In this document: positions 39,706 through 51,700 of the stretch, one piece after another
Numbering within the stretch: position 1 is the first letter of the stretch
Layout of the letters: every line of letters starts with the position of its first letter
Origin: the human T2T-CHM13v2.0 reference genome, Homo sapiens
NCBI RefSeq assembly: GCF_009914755.1
Contig: NC_060933.1
DNA length: 64,000 nt
Reading direction: 5' to 3' (one strand)
Program-made: the position numbers and the translations under genes
Notes under the pieces: model-generated
What the model saw: only the letters and a program-made list of their open reading frames with translations
Database searches by the model: none
Told to the model about the DNA's origin: nothing

Positions 39706-42700
39706 AATGGAATAGAATGGAATGGAATGGAATGGGTTCAACTAGAATGGAATGGAAAGGAATGGAATCAACCCGAGTGGAATGGCATGGAATGGAATGA
39801 AATGGAATGGAATGAAATGGAATGGAAGGGAATGGATTGAAATGGAATGGAATGGAATGGAATCAACCCGAGTGCAATGTAATGGAATTGAATGGAATGG
39901 AATGGAATGGAATGGAATGAATTCAACCCGAATGGAATGGAAAGGAATGGAATAAACCCGAGTGGAATGGCATGGAATGGAGTGGAATGGAATGGAATGG
40001 AATACTACGGAAGAGAATGGAATGGAACGAAATGGAATGGAATGGAATGGAATGGAATGGAATGGAATGGAATGAACACGTGAGCAATGGAATGGAATCG
40101 AATGGAATAGAATGGAATGGAATGGATTCAACACGAATGGAATGGAAAGGAATGGAATCAACCCGAGTGGAATGGCATGGAATGGAATGGAATGGAATGG
40201 AATGGAATGGAACGGAATGGAATGGAATCAACTCGATTGCAAAGGAATGTAATGGAATGGAATGGAAAGGAATTAACGCAAATAGAATGGAATGGAAAGG
40301 AATGGAACGGAATGGAATGGAAAGGAATGGAATGGAATCAATCTGAGTGCAGGGGAATGCAATGGAATGGAATGAAATGGAATGGAATGGAATGGAATGC
40401 AATGGAATGACCTCGATTGCAATGGGATGGAATGAAATGGAATGGAATGGAAGGGAATGGAATGGAATGGAATTAACCTGAACAGAATGGAATGGAATGG
40501 AATGGAATGGAATGGAATGGAATGCAATGGAATGGAATCAATCAACCCGAGTGCAATAGAATGCAGTGGAATGGAATGGAATGGAATGGAATGGAATGGA
40601 ATGGAATGAAATGGAATGGCAGGGAATGGAATGGAATCAACCCGAGTGCAAAGGAATGGAATGGAATGGAATGGAATGGAATGGAATGGATTCAACCCGA
40701 ATGGAATGGAAAGGAATGGAATAAACCTGAGTGGAATCGCATGGAATGGAATGGAATGGAATGGAATGGAATGGTACGGAATAGAATGGAATGGAACGAA
40801 ATGGAATGGAATGGAATGGAATGGAATGGAATCAACCTGAGTGCAATGGAATGGAGTGGAATGGAATGTAATGGAATGGAAACAACCCGAATGGAATGGA
40901 ATGGAATGGAGTGTAAGGGAATTGAATACAATCAATCCGAATGTAATGGAATGGAATGGAACGGAATGGAATGGAATGGAATGCAGTGGAATGGAATCAA
41001 ACCTAGTGCAATGGAATGGAATGGAATGGAATGGAATGGAATGGAATGGAATGGAATGGATTGGATTCAACCCAAATGGAATGGAAAGCAACGGAATCAA
41101 CCCGAGTGGAATGGCATGGAATGGAATGGAATGGAATGGAATGGAATGGAATGGTACAGAATAGAATGGAATGGAATGAAATGGAATGGAATGGAATGGA
41201 ATGGAACGGAATGGAATGGAATCAACTCGATTGCAATGGAATGTAATGGAATGGAATGGAATGGAATTAACGCGAATAGAATGGAATGGAATGGAATGGA
41301 ACGGAATGGAATGGAATGGGATGGAATGGAATCAATCTGAGTGCAGGGGAATGGAATGGAATGGAATGCAATGGAATGGAATGGAATGGAATGGAATGCA
41401 ATGGAATCAACTAGATTGCAATGGGATGCAATGGAATGGAATGGAAGGGAATGGAATGGAATGGAATTAACCTGAACAGAATGGATTGGAATGGAATGGA
41501 ACGGAATGGAAGGGAATGGAATGGAATGGAATTAAGCTGAAGAGAATGGAATGGAATGAAATGGAACGGAATGGAATGGAATGGAATGGAATGGAATGCA
41601 ATGGAATGGGATCAACCCGAGTGCAGGGGAATGGAATGGAATGGAATGCAATGGAATGGAATCAATCAACCCGAGTGCAATAGAATGCAGTGGAATGGAA
41701 TGGAATGGAATGGAAAGTACCCGAATGGAAAGGAATGTAATGGAGTGTAAGGGAATTAAAAAGAATCAATCCGAATGTAATGGAATGGAAGGGAACGGAA
41801 TGGAATGGAATGGAATGGAATGGAATGGAATGAAATGGAATGGCATGGAATGGAATGGAATCAACCCGAGTTCAATGGAATGGAATGGAATGGAATGGAA
41901 TGGATTCAACCCGAATGGAATGGAAAGGAATGGAATAAACCCGAGTGAAATGGCATGGAAGGGAAGGGAATGGAATGGAATGGAATGGTAAGGAAAAGAA
42001 TGGAATGGAACGAAATGGAATGGAATGGAATGGAATGGAATGGAATGGAATGTAATGGAATGAACCCGTGTGCAATGGAATGGAATGGAATGGAATGGAA
42101 TGGAATGGGTTCAACTAGAATGGAATGGAAAGCAATGGAATCAACCCGAGTGGAATGGCATGGAATGGAATGGAAAGGAATGGAATGTAATGGAATGGAA
42201 TGGAATGGAATGGAATGGAATGAAATGGAATGGAAGGGAATGGATTGAAATGGAATGGAATGGAATGGAATCAACCCGAGTGCAATGTAATGGAATTGAA
42301 TGGAATGGAATGGAATGGAATGGAATGAATTCAACCCGAATGGAATGGAAAGGAATGGAATAAACCCGAGTGGAATGGCATGGAATGGAGTGGAATGGAA
42401 TGGAATGGAATACTACGGAAGAGAATGGAATGGAACGAAATGGAATGCAATGGAATGGAATGGAATGGAAGGAACACGTGAGCAATGGAATGGAATCGAA
42501 TGGAATGGAATGGAATGGAATGGATTCAACTCGAATGGAATGGAAAGGAATGGAATCAACCCGAGTGGAATGGCATGGAATGGAATGGAATGGAATGGAA
42601 TGGAACGGAATGGAATGGAATCAACTCGATTGCAAAGGAATGTAATGGAATGGAATGGAACGGAATTAACGCAAATAGAATGGAATGCAAAGGAATGGAA

Positions 42701-42960
42701 CGGAATGGAATGGAAAGAATGGAATGGAATCAATCTGAGTGCAGGGGAATGGAATGGAATGGAATGCAATGGAATGGAATGGAATGGAATGCAATGGAAT
42801 CACCTCGATTGCAATGGGATGGAATGGAATGGAATGGAATGGAAGGGAATGGAATGGAATGGAATTAACCTGAACAGAATGGAATGGAATGGAATGGAAT
42901 GGAATGGAATGCATTGGAATGGAATCAATCAACGCGAGTGCAATAGAATGCAGTGGAATG
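39690..42960 (+). repeat. Direct repeat pair inside block 3 (39690-40570 vs ~42068-42960, offset ~2.39 kb)
   Basis: TACTACGGAAGAG 40003/42411, CACGTGAGC ~40077/42475, AACGCAAATAG ~40275/42668, CCTCGATTGCAATGGG 40411/42803. Confidence 0.88.
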
Positions 42961-45900
42961 GAATGGAATGGAATGGAAAGTACCCGAATGGAATGGAATG
43001 TAATGGAGTGTAAGGGAATTAAAAAGAATCAATCCGAATGTAATGGAATGGAATTGAAAGGAAAGGAATGGAATGGAATGGAATGGAATGGAATGGAATG
43101 GAATGGAATGGAATGAAATGGAATGGCATAGAATGGAATGGAATCAACCCGAGCGCAATGGAATGGAATGGAATGGAATGGAATGGAATGGAATGGAATG
43201 GATTCAACCCGAATGGAATGGAAAGGAATGGAATAAACCCGAGTGAAATGGCATGGAAGGGAATGGAATGGAATGGAATGGTACGGAGTAGAATGGAATG
43301 GAACGAAATGGAATTGAATGGAATGGAATGGAATGGAATGGAATGAACCCGTGAGCAATGGAATGGAATGGAATGGAATGGAATGGAATGGAATGGAATG
43401 GGTTCAATTCGAATGGAATGGAAAGGAATGGAATCAACCCGAGTGCAATGGCATGGAATGGAATGGAATGGAATGGAATGGAATGGAATGGAATGGAATG
43501 GAATGGAATGGATTCAACCCAAATGGAATGGAAAGGAATGGAATAAACCCGAGTGGAATGGCATGGAATGGAGTGGAATGGAATGGAATGGAATGGAATG
43601 GAATGGAATTAACCCTAATAGAATGGAATGGAATGGAATGGAATGGAATGGAAGGGAATGGAATGGAATGGAATGGAATGGAATAGAATTAACCCGAATA
43701 GAATGGAATGGAATGGAATGGAATGGAATCAACTCGATTTCAATGGAATGGAATGGAATGGAATGGAATGGAATGGAAGGGAATGGAATGGAATGGAATG
43801 AAATTAACCCGAATAGAATGGAATGGAATGGAATGGAATGGAATGGAATGGAATAGAATGGAATCCAACCGAGTGCAGGGGAATGGAATGGAATGGAATG
43901 CAATGGAATGGAATCATGTGGAATGGAATGGAATGGAATGGAATGCAATGGAATGGAATGGAATCAACCCGATTGCAATGGAATGGAGTGGAATGGAATG
44001 GAATGGAATGGAAACAACCCGAATGGAATGGAATGGAAAGGAATCGAATGGAATCAACCTGAGTGCAGGGGAATGGAATGGAATGGAATGCAATGGAATG
44101 TAATGGAATGGAATGCAATGGAATCAACCCGAGTCCAATGTAATGGAATCGAATGGAATGGAATGGAATGGAATGGATTCAACCCGAATGGAATGGAAAG
44201 GAATGGAATAAACCCGAGTGGAATGGCATGGAGTGGAGTGGAATGGAATGGAATGGAATAGAATGCAATGGTACGGAATAGAATGGAATGGAACGAAATG
44301 GAATGGAATGGAATGGAATGGAATGGAATCAACCCGAGTGCAGGGCAATGGAATGGAATTGAAGGCAATGGAATGGAATCATCCGGAATTGAATGGAATG
44401 GAATGGAATCAACTCGATTGCAATGGAATGGAATGGAATGGAATGGAATGGAATGCAATGGAATGGAATGGAATTAACCCGAATAGAATGGAATGGAATG
44501 GAATGGAAGTAAATGGACTGGAAGGTAATGAACCCGAGTGCAGGGGAATGGAATGGAATGGAATGCAATGGAATGGAGTCATCCGGAATGGAACAGAAAG
44601 GAATGGAATGGAACCAACCCGTGTGCAATGGAATTGAAAGGAAAGGAATGGAATGGAATGGAATGGAATGGAATGGATTCAACCCGAATGGAATGGAAAG
44701 GAAGGGAATCAACCCAAGTGGAATGGCATGGAATAGAATGGATTGGAATGGAATGGAATGGAATGCTACCGAATAGAATGGAATGGAACGAAATGGAGTA
44801 GAATTGAATGGAAAGGAATGCAATCAACCCGAGTGAAATGGAATGGAGTGGAATGGATTGGAATGGAATGGAAACAACCTGAATGGAATGGAATGAAATG
44901 GAGTGTAAGGGAATTGAATACAATCAAACCGAATGTAATGGAATGGAATGGAACGGAATGGAATGGAATGCAGTGGAATGGAATCAAACCTAGTGCAATG
45001 GAATGGAATGGAATGGAATGGAATGGAATGGAATGGAATGGAATGTAATGGAATGGATTCAACCCGAATGGAATGAAAATGAATGGAATAAACCCGAGTG
45101 GAATGGCATGGAATGCAAAGGAATGGAATGGAATGGTACGGAATAGAATGGAAAAGAACGAAATGGAATGGAATGGAATGGAATGGAATGGAATGGAATG
45201 GAATGGAATCAACCCGAGTGCAATGTAATGGAATTGAGTGGAATGGAAAGGAATGGAATGGATTCAACCCGAATGGAATGGAAAGGAATGGATTAAACCC
45301 GAGTGGAATGGCATGGAGTGGAGTGGAATGGAATGGAAAGGAATGGAATGGAATGGAATAGAATGGAATCCACCCGAGTGCAGGGGAATGGAATGGAATG
45401 GAATGCAATGGAATGGAATCATAAGGAATGGAATGGAATGGAATGGAATGGAATCAACCCGATTGCAATGGAATGGAGTGGAATGGAATGGAATGGAATG
45501 GAAACAACCCGAATGGAATGGAATGTAATGGAGTGTAAGGGAATTGAATAGAATCAATACGAATGTAATGGAATGGAATGGAACGGAATGGAATGCAATG
45601 CAATGGAATGGGATCAACCCGAGTGTAATGGAATGGAATCGAAAGGAATGCAATGGAATGGAATGGTTTCAACCCGAATGGAATGGAAAGGAATGGAATC
45701 ATGCCGAGTGGAATGGAATGGAATGGAATGGAATGGAATGGAATGCAATGGAATGGAATGGAATGGAATGGAATGCTGTGGAATGGAATCAAACCTAGTG
45801 CAATGGAAAGGAATGGAATTGAATGGAATGGAATGGATTGGATTCAACTCAAATCGAATGGAAAGCAATGGAATCAACCCGAGTGGAATGGCATGGAATG

Positions 45901-46680
45901 GAATGGAATGGAATGGAATGGAATGGAATGGAATGGAATCAATTCGATTGCAATGGAATGGAATGGAATGGAATGGAATGGAATGGGTTTAACTCGAATG
46001 GAATGGAAAGGAATGGAATCAACCCGAGTGGAATGGCATGGAATGGAATGCAATGGAATGGAATGGAATGGAATGGAATGCAATGGAATGGAATGGAATG
46101 CAATGGAATCAACCCGAGTGCTATGTAATGGAATTGAATGGAATGGAATGGAATGGAATGGAATGGATTCAACCCGAATGGAATGGAAAGGAATGGAATA
46201 AACCCGAGTGGAATGGCATGGAATGGAGTGGAATGGAATGGAATGGAGTGGAATGGAATGGAATGGTACGGAATAGAATGGAATGGAACGAAATGGAATG
46301 GAATGTAATGTAATGGAATGGAATGGAAAGAACCCGTGTGCAATGGAATGGAATCGAATGGAATGGAATGGAATGGAATGGATTCAAGTGGAATGGAATG
46401 GAAAGGAATGGAATCAACCCGAGTGGAATGGCATGGAATGGAATGGAATGAAATGGAATGGAATGGAATGGAATGGTACGGAATAGAACGGAATGAAACG
46501 AAATGGAATGGAATGGAATGGAATGGAATGGAATGGAATGGAATGGAAAGGAATGGAATGGAATCAACCCGAGTGCAGGGGAATGGAATGGAATGGAAGG
46601 CAATGGAATGCAATCATCCGGAATTGAATGGAATGGAATGGAATGGAATGGAATCAACTCGATTGCAATGGAATGTAATG
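39690..46680 (+). repeat. HSat3 orientation block 3 (~7 kb, GGAAT on + strand)
   Basis: Starts GTGTGCAATGGAATGG at 39690 and ends ...GCAATGGAATGTAATG at 46680. Confidence 0.97.
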
Positions 46681-46695
46681 TAGTTTCCATTCCAT
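46666..46695. other. Strand-switch (inversion) junction 3
   Basis: CAATGGAATGTAATG|TAGTTTCCATTCCAT. Confidence 0.95.
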
Positions 46696-46699
46696 TGCA

Positions 46700-47440
46700 T
46701 TCCATTCCATTCCTTTTCGTTCCATTCCATTGCATTCCATTCCATTCCATTCCATTCCATTCCGTTCCGTTCCATTCCATTTCATTACATTCAGATTCAT
46801 TCTATTCAATTCCCTTACACTCCATTATATTCCAATCCATTCTGGTTGTTTCCATTCCATTCCATTCCATTTCACTCTGTTCCATTGCACTCGGGTTGAT
46901 TCCATTCCATTCCATTCCATTGCATTCCATTCCATTCCATTCCGGATGATTCCATTCCATTGCTTTCCATTCCATTCCATTCCCCTGCACTCGGGTTGAT
47001 TCCATTCCATTCCATTCCATTCCATTCCATTCCATTCCATTCCGGAAGATTCCATTCCATTGCATTCCATTCCATTCCATTCCCCTGCACTCGCGTTGAT
47101 TCCATTCCATTCCATTCCATTCCATTCCGTTCTGTTCCATTCCATTCCATTCCGTTCCATTCCATTCCATTCCATTCAATTCGGGTTAATTCCATTCCAT
47201 TCCATTCGATTGCAATCGAGTTGATTCCATTCCATTCCATTCCATTCCATTCCATTCCATTCCATTCCATTCCTTTCCATTCCATTACGGATGATTCCAT
47301 TCCATTGCATTCCATTCCATTCCATTCCCCTGTACTCGGGTTGATTCCATTCCATTCCATTCCAATCCATGCCATTCCACTCGTGTTGATTCCATTCTTT
47401 CCATTCCATTCAAGTTGAATCCATTCCATTGCATTCCATT
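46700..47440 (-). repeat. Direct paralogous segment, copy at ~50215-50975 (offset 3516-3536)
   Basis: TCAGATTCAT 46791/50307, TTCACTCTGT 46871/50387, TGCTTTCC 46961/50477, TCTGTTCC 47131/50647. Confidence 0.88.
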
Positions 47441-48460
47441 CCATTCGATTCCATTTGATTGCACTCGGGTTGATTCAATTCCATTGCACTCCATTCCATT
47501 CCATTTCATTCCATTCCATTCCTTTCCATTCCATTCCATTCCATTCCATTCCATTCCATTGCAATCGAGTTGATTGCTTTCCATTCCTTTCCATTCCATT
47601 CCATTGCCTTGCATTCCACTCGGGTTGATTCCATTCTCTTCTTTCCACTCCATTACATTCCCTTCCATTCCACTCGGAATGATTGATTCCATTCCATTCC
47701 ATTCCATTTCATTCCATTGCAATCCATTCCAATCCATTCCATTCCATTCCATTCCACTCGAGTTGATTTCATTCCATTCCTTTCCATTCCATTCCATTCC
47801 TTTCCACTCGAGTTGTTTCCATTCCATTCCATTCCATTGCATTCCATTCCATGCCATTCCACTCGGGTTGATTCTATTCCATTCCATTCCATTCCATTTC
47901 ATTCCATTCCATTGCATTCCATTGCATTCCATTCCATTCCATTCCCCTGCACTCGGGTTGATTCCATTCCATTCCATTCCATTTCATTCCATTCCATTCC
48001 ATTCCATTCCATTCCATTCCATTCCATTCCAACCCGTTCCATTCCATTCCATTCCATTCCATTGCAATTTACTTGATTCCATTCCATTCCATTCCATTCC
48101 ATTCCATTCCATTCCATTCCATTCCATTGCATTTTGTTCCAATCCATTCTATTCCGAACCATTCCATTCCATTCCATTCCATTCCATTCCATTCCATTCC
48201 ATGCCATTCCACTCGGGTTGATTCCATTCCTTTCCATTCCATTCGAGTTGAATCCATTCCACTCCATTCCATTCCATTCGAATCCATTCCATTGCACTCG
48301 GGTTGATTCCATTCCATTCCATTCCATTCGATTCCATTCCATTCAATTCCATTCCGTTCCATTCCATTTCATTACATTCAGATTGATTCTATTCAATTCC
48401 CCTACACTCCATTATATTCCAATCCATTCTGGTTGTTTCCATTCCATTCCATTCCATTTC

Positions 48461-48700
48461 ACTCCATTCCATTGCACTCGATTTGATACCATTCCATTCC
48501 ATTCCGGATGATTCCATTCCATTGCATTCCATTCCATTCTATTTCCCTGCACTCAGGTTGATTCCATTCCATTCCATTCCACTCCATTCCATTGCACTCG
48601 ATTTGATACCATTCCATTCCATTCCGGATGATTCCATTCCATTGCATTCCATTCCATTCTATTTCCCTGCACTCAGGTTGATTCCATTCCATTCCATTCC
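48461..48700 (-). repeat. Exact 120-bp tandem duplication (2 copies)
   Basis: 48461-48580 equals 48581-48700, including ATTTGATACC and ATTTCCCTGC. Confidence 0.93.
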
Positions 48701-51700
48701 ACTCCATTCGGTTCCGTTCCATTCCATTCTATTGCATTCCATTCTATTCGGGTTAATTCCATTCCATTCTATTCCATTCCATTCCATTCCATTGCATTGC
48801 AATGGAGTTGATTCCATTCCATTCCATTCCATTCCATTCCGGATGATTCCATTCAATTGCATTCCTTACCATTCCATTCCCCTGCACTCGGGTTGATTAC
48901 ATTCCATTCCATTCCCATCTATTCCTTTCCATTCCATTCCATTCCATTCTATTCGGGTTAATTCCATTCCATTCCATTCCATTCCATTCCATTCCATTCC
49001 ATTCCATTCCATTGCAATCGAGTTAATTCCATTCCATTCCATTCCATTCCGTTCCGCATGATTCCATTCCATTGCATTCCATTCCATTCCATTCCCCTGC
49101 AGTCGGGTTGATTCCATTCCATTCCATTCCATTCCATTCCGTTCCATTCCATTCCATTCCATTCTATTCGGGTTAATTCCATTCCATTCCATTCCATTCG
49201 ATTGCAATCGAGTTGATTCCATTCCATTCCATTCCATTCCATTCCTTTCCATTCCATTACGGATGGTTCCATTCCATTGCATTCCATTCCATTCCAATCC
49301 CCTGTACTCGGGTTGATTCCATTCCATTCCATTCCAATCCATGCCATTCCACTCGTGTTGATTCCATTCTTTCCATTCCATTCAAGTTGAATCCATTCCA
49401 TTGCATTCCATTCCATTCCATTCCCCTGCAGTCGGGTTGATTCCATTCCATTCCATTGCATTCCATTCCATTCCATTCCATTCCGTTCCTTTCCATTCCA
49501 TTCCATTCCATTCTATTCGGGTTAATTCCATTCCATTCCATTCCATTCCATTCCATTCCATTCCATTCCAATCGAGTTAATTCCATTCCATTGCATTCCA
49601 TTCCATTCCACTCCATTCCAGTCCTTTCCATTCCATTCCAGTCGGCTTGATTCCAATGTATTCCCTTCCATTCCATTCCATTCCATTGCAATCGAGTTGA
49701 TTCCATTGCTTTGCATTCCATTCCATTCCATTCCATTCCGGATGATTCCATTCCATTGCATTCCATTCCATTCCATTCCCCTGCACTCGGGTTGATTCCA
49801 TTCCATTCCACTCCATTCCATTCCATTCCATTCCATTACAATCGAGTTGATTCCATTCCATTCCGTCCCATTCCAATCCTTTCCATTCCAGTCCACTCGG
49901 GTTGATTCCATTCTATTAGTTTCCATTCCATTCCATTCCCTTCCATTCCACTCTGGTTGATTCCATTCCTTTCCATTCCACTCGAATACATTCCCTCCTA
50001 TTCCACTCGGAACGATTCCATTCCATTCCATTCCATTCCATTCCATTCCATTCCATTCCATTTCGTTCCATTCCATTCTATTCCGTATCATTCCATTTCA
50101 TTCCATTCAATTCCATTCCATTCCATTCCATTCCATTCCATTGTACTCGGGTTGATTCCATTCTATTGCATTCCATTCCATTCCATTCCATTCCATTCCG
50201 TTGCATTCCATTCCATTCCATTCCATTCCTTTTCGTTCCATTCCATTGCATTCCATTCCATTCCATTCCATTCCATTCCGTTCCGTTCCATTCCATTTCA
50301 TTACATTCAGATTCATTCTATTCAATTCCCTTACACTGCATTATATTCCAATCCATTCTGGTTGTTTCCATTCCATTCCATTCCATTTCACTCTGTTCCA
50401 TTGCACTCGGGTTGATTCCATTCCATTCCATTCCATTGCATTCCATTGCATTCCATTCCGGATGATTCCATTCCATTGCTTTCCATTCCATTCCATTCCC
50501 CTGCACTCGGGTTGATTCCATTCCATTCCATTCCATTCCATTCCATTCCATTCCATTCCGGAAGACTCCATTCCATTGCATTCCATTCCATTCCATTCCC
50601 CTGCACTCGCGTTGATTCCATTGCATTCCATTCCATTCCATTCCGTTCTGTTCCATTCCATTCCATTCCATTCCATTCCGTTCCGTTCCGTTCCGTTCCA
50701 TTCCATTCCATTCTATTCGGGTTAATTCCATTCCATTCCATTCGATTGCAATCGAGTTGATTCCATTCCATTCCATTCCATTCCATTCCATTCCATTCCA
50801 TTCCATTCCTTTCCATTCCATTACGGATGATTCCATTCCATTGCATTCCATTCCATTCCATTCCCCTGTACCCGGGTTGATTCCATTCCATTCCATTCCA
50901 ATCCATGCCATTCCACTCGTGTTGATTCCATTCTTTCCATTCCATTCAAGTTGAATCCATTCCATTGCATTCCATTCCATTCCATTCCCCTGCAGTCGGG
51001 TTGATTCCATTCCATTCCATTCCATTCCATTCCATTCCGTTCCATTCCGTTCCATTCCATTCCATTCCATTCTATTCGGGTTAATTCCATTCCATTCCAT
51101 TTCATTCCATTCCATTCCAATCGAGTTGATTCCATTCCATTCCATTCCATTCCATTCCACTCCATTCCAGTGCTTTCCATTCCATTCCACTTGGGTTGAT
51201 TCCAATGTATTCCTTTCCATTCCATTCCATTCCATTGCAATCGGGTTGATTCCATTGCTTTGCATTCCATTCCATTCCATTCCATTCCGGATGATTCCAT
51301 TCCATTGCATTCCATTCCATTCCATTCCCCTGCAATCGGGTTGATTCCATTCCATTCCACTCCATTCCGTTCCATTCCATTCCATTCCATTCCATTCCGT
51401 TCCATTCCATTCCATTACATTCGGATTGATTCTATTCAATTCCCTTACACTCCATTACATTCAATTCCATTCCATTCGGGTAGTTTCCATTCCATTCCAT
51501 TCCATTCCTCTCCATTCCATTGCACTCGGGTTGATTCCATTCCATTGCATTCCATTCCATTCCATTCAATTCCATTCCGTTCCATTCCATTCCATTACAT
51601 TTGGATTGATTCTATTCAACTCCCTTACTCTCCATTACATTCCATTCCATTCGGGTTGTTCCATTCCATTCCATTCCATTCCACTCCATTCCATTGCACT

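Larger units (their letters stand above)
33700..46680. repeat. Distinct HSat3 sub-family domain ('B' here) spanning junction 2
   Basis: Enriched for CAAACCTAGTG, ATAAACCCGAG, GGGTTCAAC, GAACCCGTG and GAATACAATC. Lacks the TTCAACTTGAA and ATCTTCCGG modules common elsewhere. Confidence 0.75.

Noticed and set aside
39690-46680. Inverted 7-kb block as a transposon or site-specific invertible element
   Set aside because: There are no terminal inverted repeats, target-site duplication, recombinase sites or coding sequence. The content is satellite paralogous to adjacent DNA.
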